From the NCBI GenBank assembly GCA_963826535.1, contig CAWGXL010000010.1, positions 426,814-490,813 on the forward strand: 64,000 bases of DNA. The letters are read 5' to 3'. Positions 28,721 to 37,800 of the stretch are shown piece after piece; position 1 is the stretch's first letter; each line of letters starts with the position of its first letter. Both the position numbers and the translations under genes were made by a program. The notes under the pieces were generated by a model. It saw only the letters and a list, made by a program, of their open reading frames with translations, was not told the DNA's origin and searched no databases. The DNA comes from an uncultured bacterium. Lineage in GTDB: Bacteria; Patescibacteriota; Microgenomatia; Levybacterales; UBA12049.

Positions 28721-29950
28721 ATGACATTTAAAAAACGATTTACAACAGCCATTGCAACCGGAGCAGTCTTACTCAATGCATTGGCGCCAGTAGCTCTAGC
28801 AGAAGAAATTCATGTTACTGGCAACGGCGCGTTCTCAAATAGCACTGTCAATTTATCAAGTGATAATGCAACAGTAGTTAATCAATCGAACAACGCCAAT
28901 GTTACCAACAACGTTTCATCAAATGCATCAACCGGCGGAAATTCAGCCAGCTTCAACACTGGAGGAGATTCTAGAATAGTTACCGGAGATGCAACCACCA
29001 ACGTAGACATTTCTACAGCAGTCAACCTTAATAAAGCTGTGTTGGAAGACTGTGGAAACTGCGAAGGCGGTGATCTTAATGTTAACGTCACAGGTAATGG
29101 TGCGTATTCAGAGAACGATGTTAACGTAACAAAAGATAATTTAGTTAGCGTGTCACAAGAAAATGATGCGGACATCGACAATTATGTAGATGCCAAAGCC
29201 AACACTGGTAAAAACGATTCAAGTTTTAATACCGGTGGCGACAGTATCATTGTGACCGGAGACGCAGAAACCAATGTCACAGTCGACAATAAAGCAAATG
29301 CAAATTTAGCTAGTATCGGCGGCGGCACTGGAACTTCAAACGGTTCTTGGGTCAATGTAACCGGCAACGGTGCATTTAGTGACAACGACGTAGATCTTAA
29401 TTTAGGATCAGCAGTTGTGCTGGATCAGTACAATAATGCAGACATCCATAATTATATCAACGCAAAAGCAAACACAGGTAAAAACGACGCAGCGTTCAAC
29501 ACCGGCGGAGAGACAGTATTAGTCACCGGCGATGCTACAACAAATGTTGAAGTTGACAATCTTGTTAATTTCAATAAAGCAAGCGTTGGCTGTGATTGCA
29601 TCCTTGGAGAATTAGGAGTAAAAATTGCAGGTAACGGTGCCTACTCAGAAAATGATGTAGATGCCGACACCTTCAACGAACTCTTTACCTTCCAGGATAA
29701 TTATGCTGATCTTTACAACGATGTTTACGGCAATGCAAAAACCGGACACAACGACGTAAGCTTTAGCACAGGTGACGTTAATGGCGACCCACTCATCTCA
29801 ACAGGTGACGCGTGGTCTGGTACATCAGTATCAAATGCAGGAAACGTCAACTGGTTCAGTGATGGCAACAGCCTTCACCTTCCAGGGGATTGGGAAGTTA
29901 ATGCTCATTGGGATCTAGAAGATCTTTTGAGCTTTCTCCATCTAGGATAA
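28721..29950 (+). CDS. Secreted Asn/Thr/Gly-rich repeat protein (putative major fibre subunit)
   Basis: Strong SD GAAAGGAGGTGA before ATG 28721; signal peptide ending VALA; four ~90-aa repeats GNGAxS..QxNxA..ANTGxN..NTGG..TGDA; no anchor. Confidence 0.85.
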   Translation: MTFKKRFTTAIATGAVLLNALAPVALAEEIHVTGNGAFSNSTVNLSSDNATVVNQSNNANVTNNVSSNASTGGNSASFNTGGDSRIVTGDATTNVDISTAVNLNKAVLEDCGNCEGGDLNVNVTGNGAYSENDVNVTKDNLVSVSQENDADIDNYVDAKANTGKNDSSFNTGGDSIIVTGDAETNVTVDNKANANLASIGGGTGTSNGSWVNVTGNGAFSDNDVDLNLGSAVVLDQYNNADIHNYINAKANTGKNDAAFNTGGETVLVTGDATTNVEVDNLVNFNKASVGCDCILGELGVKIAGNGAYSENDVDADTFNELFTFQDNYADLYNDVYGNAKTGHNDVSFSTGDVNGDPLISTGDAWSGTSVSNAGNVNWFSDGNSLHLPGDWEVNAHWDLEDLLSFLHLG

Positions 29951-29960
29951 TCTTTGAACG

Positions 29961-30000
29961 GTAGCGGTGTCTGTCTAGCACTTCAGATAGACACCCTACC
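29961..30000 (+). terminator. Stem-loop after the major subunit gene
   Basis: GGTAG..GGTGTCTGTCT/AGATAGACACC..CTACC hairpin. Confidence 0.55.
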
Positions 30001-30021
30001 AATCAAGATAAATTTAACAAA

Positions 30022-30055
30022 TGTCATTGCGAGAAGCAAAACGACGAAGCAATCT
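30022..30055. repeat. REP-like element GTCATTGCGA...GAAGCAATCT
   Basis: Same flanks as the copy at 40321-40358. Confidence 0.7.
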
Positions 30056-30081
30056 ATATAAATAAATAATTAACAAAAACT

Positions 30082-32430
30082 ATGAAAAATTTAAACAAAA
30101 TATTAAGAAAAACTTTTACACTATTTTTAATATCAATACTTCTTTTGTACTCTACGGTACCAGCTTTAGTTATTGCGGAAGAACCAGTACCACCCACCGC
30201 TCCTGAGGCACCTGTTGTAAATGAAACTCCACCTGAAAATCCTGCACCACCCGAAATACCTCAAGCCCCGTCACAAACGGCAAGTAATGATTCTCCAAAT
30301 GATCAATCTAGTCCTTCGGAAACCACCGATACAAATAATTCTGACAATGAACAAAATACAGTACAAAGCCAGGAAGACAAAGATCGTGAAGCAAAAAAGA
30401 AAGCCGCAGGAGAAGCATTTATCGCCAACTATCATAACTCGACACCGGGCAGCACAAATCCCGGCACAGGCACTTCGTCTAATGGGAATGTTGGCGATAC
30501 CACGCTCGCAACAGGAAATGCAACCAATAATGGCTCAAGTGTAACAACAGGCAACAACAATCTTCAATCTGGAAATCAATCAGCAGGTTCGGCAACAGTT
30601 GGCTCAAACAGTCATGAAGGAGCATCTATATCTAATAGCGGCAACGGAGCGGGCTCTGACAATTCCGGGACATCATCTTCTATTGTAAACAATGATACCA
30701 ACCAAAACAACGGCGCCCAAGTTAGTAACATCAACAACCAATCTTCAACCACAGGTACGAACCAATCATCTTTTAACAATGGCAACACCATCCTAAATAG
30801 CGGGGATTCCAACACCTCGGGAACAGCAATCACCGCAGTAAATACGAATGCTGACGGTGTGATGGTATCCGAATTCAACATTGCAGATGACCACAAAGGA
30901 GACATTGTATTAACTGCTGACGCATATCTTGCCAATTGCATTTCCGGTTGCGTCCACCCTGCATGGGTCAGTAATATCGGAAATGGCGCGAATTCCTCAA
31001 ATACAGCCAATGCAAATTCTACGTCTAATAGCTCAACTTTCCAAAACAACGATGCTTCTATTGGGAATAATTTGACTCTTGCCGCCAACTCCGGTAACAA
31101 CGATTCAAGCTACAATACAGGTGGTAATACTACTATAAATACAGGTGATGCAAACATTTCCGCCAACTCATTAACCTTTGCTAATAATAATATAGCCGGT
31201 AATGTCGTATATGGTGTAGTCAACATCTACGGCACACTGGAAGGGGATATAATCTTACCCGAGTATACAGTCGCTAACCCGAGCGCCGCCTTGACATCAA
31301 GTAATTCCGGGAATGGCGCCAATTCATCAAATGCAACTAATATCGCAACTGAGAATAACAACAATACATTCCAAAATAACGACGCGACTATCACCAATGA
31401 TCTACTAATAAACGCTGAAACAGGCAATAACGATTCGAGTACGAATACAGATGGCACTACCACAATTAAAACCGGACAAACTAATGTTGATGCCAATGTA
31501 CTCAATGTCGTCAATTCCAATATAAATGGAGGCACAGTTTGGTTAGTACTTATAAACGAAGCAGGTAAGTGGTTTGGACAATTACTCGGACAACCGGAAG
31601 GACAAAACTACGCCGGATCCGACGGCACCAAATTCGAGCTAAGTCCCGAAGGACAAATTACAGCTAGCCACGATTCGGGTAACACGAACGTTGCTAGCAA
31701 TAATGCCAATGGCGCAGGCTCTGAAAATAATACATCAGTTTCGACTACCAACAATAATACAACAAGTCAAAACAACGATGCCAATATTAACAATTCACTC
31801 AATCTTTCGGCCAATACAGGCGGTAATTCGACAGACTACAACACAGGCGGTAATAATATAGTCAATACAGGTGACGCAAATATAATAGCTAATATGGTTA
31901 ACTTCGTAAACAATAATATTGTAGGTAATGGAAAGCTGGTAGTTACTGTAGTAAATGTTTTCGGTAGCTGGCTAGGTGACTTTGTCGCCCCCGGCCAACA
32001 AAAACGGGAAAAACCAAACCAGTTAGCACAAAATACGAATACTGCTACTAACAATGCTGAATCAACACCAAACAACAATACAACAAAAGTTATACCCACT
32101 CCCTCAGTAACTCAAACAAACAATGGGCAAGTTGCCGGCATCTCCCAATCTGTTCAAAAATCAATAACTTCAGACTTCAAACCAAATAGTGTAAACGGAA
32201 CTAAACAAATTACTTATGTAGATGGGTACAAGGATGCCAAAACAAAAGTAGCAGGTTCCAACACCAATAAATTACTGGCAGATGCATCTTTCAAATATAA
32301 TTCATCAGATAAAACAAAAGCTATTACTATTAATTTAGCCTGGCTCCTGGTTTTAGCCCCAATAATAATTCTTATTATTGCAGGAAGATATATAATCTGG
32401 AGTAAATTTATAACCAAGCTACGTTCATGA
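30082..32430 (+). CDS. Secreted Asn-rich repeat protein with C-terminal TM anchor (paralog)
   Basis: Signal peptide, Pro-rich linker, repeated GNGAxS/QNNDA/NTGGN/TGDAN units, C-terminal TM plus basic tail. Confidence 0.85.
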   Translation: MKNLNKILRKTFTLFLISILLLYSTVPALVIAEEPVPPTAPEAPVVNETPPENPAPPEIPQAPSQTASNDSPNDQSSPSETTDTNNSDNEQNTVQSQEDKDREAKKKAAGEAFIANYHNSTPGSTNPGTGTSSNGNVGDTTLATGNATNNGSSVTTGNNNLQSGNQSAGSATVGSNSHEGASISNSGNGAGSDNSGTSSSIVNNDTNQNNGAQVSNINNQSSTTGTNQSSFNNGNTILNSGDSNTSGTAITAVNTNADGVMVSEFNIADDHKGDIVLTADAYLANCISGCVHPAWVSNIGNGANSSNTANANSTSNSSTFQNNDASIGNNLTLAANSGNNDSSYNTGGNTTINTGDANISANSLTFANNNIAGNVVYGVVNIYGTLEGDIILPEYTVANPSAALTSSNSGNGANSSNATNIATENNNNTFQNNDATITNDLLINAETGNNDSSTNTDGTTTIKTGQTNVDANVLNVVNSNINGGTVWLVLINEAGKWFGQLLGQPEGQNYAGSDGTKFELSPEGQITASHDSGNTNVASNNANGAGSENNTSVSTTNNNTTSQNNDANINNSLNLSANTGGNSTDYNTGGNNIVNTGDANIIANMVNFVNNNIVGNGKLVVTVVNVFGSWLGDFVAPGQQKREKPNQLAQNTNTATNNAESTPNNNTTKVIPTPSVTQTNNGQVAGISQSVQKSITSDFKPNSVNGTKQITYVDGYKDAKTKVAGSNTNKLLADASFKYNSSDKTKAITINLAWLLVLAPIIILIIAGRYIIWSKFITKLRS

Positions 32431-32593
32431 AACTGAATGTAGCAAGCCACGTTCATAAACTGAACGTAAAAATAAACTAATCTGACCCACTTTAACAACC
32501 TGCCCACCATTAGCTGGGCCGAGTTTACCCTGTAATATACATTACTGAGTAAGATGGATAAACAATATATAAGTAAATAGAGAGACAATCTTC

Positions 32594-33772
32594 ATGAATA
32601 AAAATACAATTATTATAAATAAAATAAAAGTAAAAATATTCCTGATAATAAGCTTTATTTTGTTGACTCTGGTTGCAGCACCAATTGCAGGTGCCGAAGT
32701 GATTACAGTAACTGAAAACGGAGCTAATTCTTCAAGCGAGATAACTACCGAACAAAACAATCAATCAAACACTCAACAATCAAATAATTCAAATATTAAC
32801 AATACAGTTACTTCTACAACCGAAACTGGCAACAACAGTGCTGACAACAACACGAATGGTGATACAATTATTAATACCGGAACAGCGTCTCAAACAACCA
32901 GTATTACAAATGAAGTAAATAAATCAGCCGTAGATCAAACTTGTTGCTCAAATCTAACATCCACATCGATTAATATTTCCGGTAATAGTACAGATTCACA
33001 AAATAATGCAACTAATGTATCCTCGTCTCAAACCATTATCAATGTAATACAAAACGCTACAATAATTAACAATATCAAAGAAACTGCAAGTACCGGCAAC
33101 AATTCTGCTAATAACAACACAGGCAATGTGACTATACATACTGGTGATATAAAATCAACAAATAATATAATTAATTCGGTTAATTCAGCAAGAGTTTCCG
33201 TGCCAAATAATCACCATGAAAATTCAAGTATAAAAATATCTAATAACGGTCATGAATCTGAAAATAGCGTGGTGATCGAAGATAACAAAAGCACAAAAAT
33301 ATTAACTAACAATTCAGTCAATATCAAAAATGATATCAATTCAATTTTTAAGACTGGAAATAATACTGCCGAAGGAAATATAGGCACAATTGATATAAGA
33401 ACCGGCGATATAAAAGCCAAAACAGTCATCCAGAACGATCTAAATATTAACAAAGTAGATCTAATATGCTGCAATCCAAAACAGGTGAAAGAAAAACCGG
33501 TTACCGAAAAACCACAACCGCAACCTCAACCCACACCAAATATCCCTCCAACCCAGCCTACCCCGAATAATCCAACGATTTCTCCACCGTCAGGCCCATC
33601 AAATCCCACAACACAAATTGGACAAGTAGCAGGAGTTGCCTTGAGCTCCCTTCCCACAACCGGCAATAACTGGTTATTCTTTTCATTACTTGGAAATATT
33701 ATAATGCTATTTTTAGGTGCCTATTTAAGACTGCGATCCGGTAATTCACCTGGCTTTGCATTCACTTCCTAA
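32594..33772 (+). CDS. Asn-rich repeat protein with LPxTG sorting signal (paralog)
   Basis: Three repeat units, PQP-rich linker, LPTTG + hydrophobic segment + RLR tail. Confidence 0.85.
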   Translation: MNKNTIIINKIKVKIFLIISFILLTLVAAPIAGAEVITVTENGANSSSEITTEQNNQSNTQQSNNSNINNTVTSTTETGNNSADNNTNGDTIINTGTASQTTSITNEVNKSAVDQTCCSNLTSTSINISGNSTDSQNNATNVSSSQTIINVIQNATIINNIKETASTGNNSANNNTGNVTIHTGDIKSTNNIINSVNSARVSVPNNHHENSSIKISNNGHESENSVVIEDNKSTKILTNNSVNIKNDINSIFKTGNNTAEGNIGTIDIRTGDIKAKTVIQNDLNINKVDLICCNPKQVKEKPVTEKPQPQPQPTPNIPPTQPTPNNPTISPPSGPSNPTTQIGQVAGVALSSLPTTGNNWLFFSLLGNIIMLFLGAYLRLRSGNSPGFAFTS

Positions 33773-33778
33773 TTGCCC

Positions 33779-33803
33779 GGCGGACGCGATGTCCGCTTTT
33801 TTT
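33779..33803 (+). terminator. Intrinsic terminator-like hairpin
   Basis: GCGGAC-GCGAT-GTCCGC + T-tract. Confidence 0.6.
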
Positions 33804-33873
33804 ATGCCTTTTCAAATAATAATGATACAATTTGATATAATAGTACCACATTTATTTTAAAAATTATTTGACT

Positions 33874-34431
33874 ATGCACAAAAGAATAAATTTTCATCTA
33901 GGTAATCTTTTACTTATTTTATCCATTATCGGTTTCGTATATACACTTTACCCACTCATACAAATCTACTTTTTCCCACCAGCACTCAAGCAAATCCAAT
34001 TGCAAAAAGGTACATTTTTAACTATTCCCAAAATCGCGGCTCAATCGTCAATTATTGAAAATGTAAATCCTCGAAACGAAACTGAATATAATCAAGCTCT
34101 AAAAAAGGGTATTGCTCATGCACATGGTTCATCTCTACCAGGCAAAAACGGCACAATATTCCTTTTCGCACATTCCTCAGGATCACCTTGGGAAATCACA
34201 AGACAAAACACTATATTTCTAAGACTCGATGAATTACAAAAACACGATGCTATAGATATAACAAAGGATGGAAAAAAATTTGAGTATATTGTTCGCGAAA
34301 AAAAAGAAGTCTGGCCAAATGAAGTAAATTATCTCTTGCAAACAAGCAGAAACCAACTAATTCTGCAAACCTGCGTCCCCATCGGCACTTCCCTAAAACG
34401 CCTCCTAATCTTCGCCGAACCGGTATTTTAG
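33874..34431 (+). CDS. Sortase
   Basis: N-terminal TM, LTIPKI, SLPG..GTIFLFAHS (His), LILQTC (Cys), KRL (Arg). Confidence 0.9.
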   Translation: MHKRINFHLGNLLLILSIIGFVYTLYPLIQIYFFPPALKQIQLQKGTFLTIPKIAAQSSIIENVNPRNETEYNQALKKGIAHAHGSSLPGKNGTIFLFAHSSGSPWEITRQNTIFLRLDELQKHDAIDITKDGKKFEYIVREKKEVWPNEVNYLLQTSRNQLILQTCVPIGTSLKRLLIFAEPVF

Positions 34432-34451
34432 CTGATCACCAATTATCCAAC

Positions 34452-34832
34452 TTATGATGACTTTCTGTGATGCTCAACAAATGCTTCCATTCCTGCTAAT
34501 GTAGAACGTGCAATTTGTTTCCAATTATGACGCTTCGGTAAAGAATATATAGCGCCTTCCTGTGTAACAAACTGTTTTTCAAGATCTGCTTTACGATCTA
34601 GTTTTTGTTCAATCAATTTTGGGTTCTTATTTGCTCGTATAGTAACTTTTTGAATTTTTTCTCCCGTTTCTCCAAAAACTAACTTTTCTTCGATCACTTT
34701 TCTACCCCTCACCCATCTTACTGTAGGTTCAAGAAATATACCATATTGTCCCTCTTCAACTTTAAGCTTCAATTGTGCAGAACTATTAAATTTTCTAACG
34801 TATCTCTCCCCTTCATATTTAAGATAACTCAT
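34452..34832 (-). CDS. Hypothetical protein
   Basis: 126-aa ORF with ATG start, no motif. Confidence 0.5.
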   Translation of the reverse strand: MSYLKYEGERYVRKFNSSAQLKLKVEEGQYGIFLEPTVRWVRGRKVIEEKLVFGETGEKIQKVTIRANKNPKLIEQKLDRKADLEKQFVTQEGAIYSLPKRHNWKQIARSTLAGMEAFVEHHRKSS

Positions 34833-34852
34833 TAGCTTACTATATACATTAT

Positions 34853-36373
34853 TTAATCTGATTTATCAAGTATTCGCACAAATATTCCAGCTCGATTATC
34901 TTCATAAGTCTTCTTCCACTTTCCGGACTCAACTAGCTCCTCCATTCTCTTATAGATCGGCTTACTTGGCGACATATACACAACGGAATAAGTCGATTTA
35001 TCAATATCAGCCACATTCTGCTCGTATTTATAATATTCCACAAATCCGCTATACTCATCTTTCTCCCACAAATGCATCCTGCCATCAATACTTGGCTTTA
35101 TATCCGGATAATTCCAGATCAACCACCCACCCCAACCATAAAGTGACAACAAATTTTCAGTTAGTTTATGTCGGCTTAAATACTCGGCAGATGGAGGAGA
35201 GCACATTGTATTATTACTATTACAATAAACCTCCCATGTAACCGACTTATAAGTACTCAATGGCCATTTTAGAAAAATGACAACAGAAATACTTAAAAAA
35301 ATTAAAACTAGCGAAAAATATAATCTATTACGCCTCGAGGATGGCGCCAAAAAGACTGCGAGCTGGACCAATATTGGAATAATTAAATAATACGCTGTCC
35401 ATGCATATCTGCGGACCTCAAAAGACAATACAAATAAAATAAACGCCGCACCCATAATTGGCAATGAGTCTTTTAACCTACCGTTAAAGTATATAAAAAT
35501 AATGCTAAAAACAACCAAAATACCAATAACAACTTGTGTCCACCAAAGCTGGGATAGAAGAGTAAAAGGTAGATACTCTGCAACATTTTGTAATAGGGGA
35601 TTGCCCAAATGTAGCAATGCGTCAAGATGTACTCCCGCTCCAAACGGATTAACAAAAGTAGCTGCAAAACTTAAAAAGAAAATGCAAATAAGATGTACCG
35701 CTTCTTTAGATACGATTTTCTTTGCCTTTTTATTTACAAAAAAATTTCTAATAATTGTAATCCCCATCCACGCCCCCAATATAGCTAATCCCAACAAAAA
35801 CTGTTCGTGAATATTTGCCCATAAAAGAAAGAGGACAGGAAGCCAATAAAGAACTTTAGAATTCTGTGTCCCGCCTGCCCCGTCGAATGACTTGGGGTCG
35901 TATGACTGGGATGGCTTGTAACGGCTTAAAACTAAACACATAAGGCCCGTCATCAAAAGGCTTATTTGCTGTCCACGCAAAGACACGGAGTTTATGGGAC
36001 TTTCAAGATATACAAACAAAGGAAAAAGTAATGCCTTGTCTACCAATTGAAATTTTGCAGCCTTCGCGAAAAAATAAAATGTTAAAGTAACGATTGCGGC
36101 TGCAGCAAGTGTTAGTCCAAAAAACCCACCGCTGCGAAATGCTGCATAAGTGATAACATCCGTACCCCACTGTCCATTCGCCCACTTAAAATCGGGCATC
36201 GTCGTGGAAAATATATTATCCCGCAAGATCTGACCATGTTGGAAAAAATACTCTCCGTATTTTAAATGCCATCCCAAATCAGGATCAGTAGGGATATACA
36301 ATGAAGCTATAAAAACAAAAGCAAAAGGCAAAATCCCAACAACCTTTTCGAAATAATTCCAAAAACTCCTCAT
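34853..36373 (-). CDS. Polytopic membrane protein, GT-C-like
   Basis: DPDLGWHLKYGE, LWANIH, YGWGGWLIW, IDGR motifs; carries an in-frame palindrome insertion. Confidence 0.7.
   Translation of the reverse strand: MRSFWNYFEKVVGILPFAFVFIASLYIPTDPDLGWHLKYGEYFFQHGQILRDNIFSTTMPDFKWANGQWGTDVITYAAFRSGGFFGLTLAAAAIVTLTFYFFAKAAKFQLVDKALLFPLFVYLESPINSVSLRGQQISLLMTGLMCLVLSRYKPSQSYDPKSFDGAGGTQNSKVLYWLPVLFLLWANIHEQFLLGLAILGAWMGITIIRNFFVNKKAKKIVSKEAVHLICIFFLSFAATFVNPFGAGVHLDALLHLGNPLLQNVAEYLPFTLLSQLWWTQVVIGILVVFSIIFIYFNGRLKDSLPIMGAAFILFVLSFEVRRYAWTAYYLIIPILVQLAVFLAPSSRRNRLYFSLVLIFLSISVVIFLKWPLSTYKSVTWEVYCNSNNTMCSPPSAEYLSRHKLTENLLSLYGWGGWLIWNYPDIKPSIDGRMHLWEKDEYSGFVEYYKYEQNVADIDKSTYSVVYMSPSKPIYKRMEELVESGKWKKTYEDNRAGIFVRILDKSD
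35868..35912. repeat. 45-nt branched palindrome inside a CDS
   Basis: GTCCC-GCCT-GCCCC-GTCGAATGAC-TT-GGG-GTCGTATGAC-T-GGGAT; GC-rich patch in an AT-rich gene. Confidence 0.65.
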
Positions 36374-36403
36374 ATTTCAAGCCACAGTATACCACTTTTA
36401 TAA

Positions 36404-36510
36404 GAAATCCTAAATCCAAATATCAAAATTTATAAATTCAAAACTTTTTGCATTTTGAACATTTGAGATTTGATATTATTTGGAATTTGGTGCTTTGAAT
36501 TTGTAATTTA
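36404..36510. repeat. Degenerate heptamer repeats in inverted arrangement
   Basis: AAATCCT/AAATCC/AAATATC/AAATTCA units followed by TTTGAAC/TTTGAGA/TTTGATA/TTTGGAA/TTTGGTG units. Confidence 0.6.
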
Positions 36511-36524
36511 TTTTATTAAGGGGT

Positions 36525-37016
36525 TTACTTATTGCTCTTCTTAACAAGCCTCGCCGTACTCACGATCTCCATAATCTGACCATTTCTCGCCTCAATCTGC
36601 GTAGCACCAGTCTGCTCATGGTAATCCTGCAGTAAATCCGATAGTGTCTTCATCTGTTCATTAAGGTCAAACCTCAAATCTTTCACCTTTTGTGCCACCG
36701 TTGCCACCGATGGCTGTTTGGTTATCTCCTGCTTTACTGAATTTCTATTCTTTGATACTTTTTTCAATTCTTCGCTCTTCTCTCTATATATCGGACTATT
36801 ATTAAAAGAATCCTCAAACATCTCCCGCGCCTTCTTAATCTCATCCTTCAACTTATCAGTACTTTCAATATGATTTTTTATCAACTCCTCAAGACTAAGT
36901 TGTGCCGCAGCCTGATCCGCACCTGAATCAACAACATTTGCTGTTGCATCCTCTGTAATTTCACCTTCAATCACCTCTGACTCAAGTCCTTCCTCTTCCA
37001 GTTTTTTATCATCCAT
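36525..37016 (-). CDS. Hypothetical coiled-coil protein
   Basis: Acidic N-terminus, helical core, LSDLLQDY..TG..QIE. Confidence 0.65.
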   Translation of the reverse strand: MDDKKLEEEGLESEVIEGEITEDATANVVDSGADQAAAQLSLEELIKNHIESTDKLKDEIKKAREMFEDSFNNSPIYREKSEELKKVSKNRNSVKQEITKQPSVATVAQKVKDLRFDLNEQMKTLSDLLQDYHEQTGATQIEARNGQIMEIVSTARLVKKSNK

Positions 37017-37102
37017 AACACTGTCCACTATACACAAAACCCATCAAAAAAATCAAGTACTAAATCTTGATTCCTTCTCTCATGTTATATACAATCATAT
37101 TC

Positions 37103-37744
37103 ATGACCAAAGAACAAAAAGTCAAAGAAATTATTAACCGTCTTTCCAAAGTTTACCCCCACCCCCGCACCGCACTCAATCATGCTAACCCTCTACAATT
37201 ACTCGTTGCAACCATCCTTTCAGCTCAAGCAACTGACAAACTGGTAAATCTAATAACTCCGCAATTATTCCAAAAATACGAATCAGCCCAAGCATTTGCT
37301 ATTGCGGATGTAAAAGAATTAGACTCTTACATCAACAAAGTCAATTTTCACAACAACAAAGCCAAAAACATCCAAGCTGCCTGTAAAATTATTGCTGAAA
37401 AATACAAAGGGAAAGTACCCGATACAATGGAAGAACTAGACGCCCTCCCCGGAGTCGCCCGCAAAACAGCCAATGTTGTCCTGGGAAATGCATTCAACAA
37501 AGCCGAAGGAATTGTAGTTGACACACACGTCATGCGTCTATCGCAGAAATTAGGTCTTACAGAATCCAATGATCCGGTAAAGATCGAGCTGGATTTGATG
37601 AAAATTGTTCCCAAAGAAAAGTGGATCGACTTCTCCCATCTATTAATAAATTTCGGAAGAGAATATTGTCCCGCAAGACGGCACAAATGCGACAATTGCC
37701 CCCTAGGAAATTTATGTCCAGACACCAAAATACTTAATACTTAA
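37103..37744 (+). CDS. nth: Endonuclease III
   Basis: LLVATILSAQATD, LPGVARKTANVVL, VDTHV, CPARRHKCDNCPLGNLC Fe-S motif. Confidence 0.95.
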   Translation: MTKEQKVKEIINRLSKVYPHPRTALNHANPLQLLVATILSAQATDKLVNLITPQLFQKYESAQAFAIADVKELDSYINKVNFHNNKAKNIQAACKIIAEKYKGKVPDTMEELDALPGVARKTANVVLGNAFNKAEGIVVDTHVMRLSQKLGLTESNDPVKIELDLMKIVPKEKWIDFSHLLINFGREYCPARRHKCDNCPLGNLCPDTKILNT

Positions 37745-37800
37745 TACTTAATACTTAATACTTAATACTTAATACTTAATACTTAATACTTAATACTTAA
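37729..37800. repeat. Perfect tandem repeat (AATACTT)x10
   Basis: Ten exact heptamers spanning the nth stop up to the typA stop. Confidence 0.95.

Noticed and set aside
28721-33772. Ice-nucleation, RTX or canonical curlin identity for the repeats
   Set aside because: No AGYGSTxT, GGxGxD or 22-aa QxGxxN periodicity; the unit is ~90 aa
37729-37800. Possible CRISPR array
   Set aside because: Pure 7-bp tandem repeat with no spacers; no cas genes in the window
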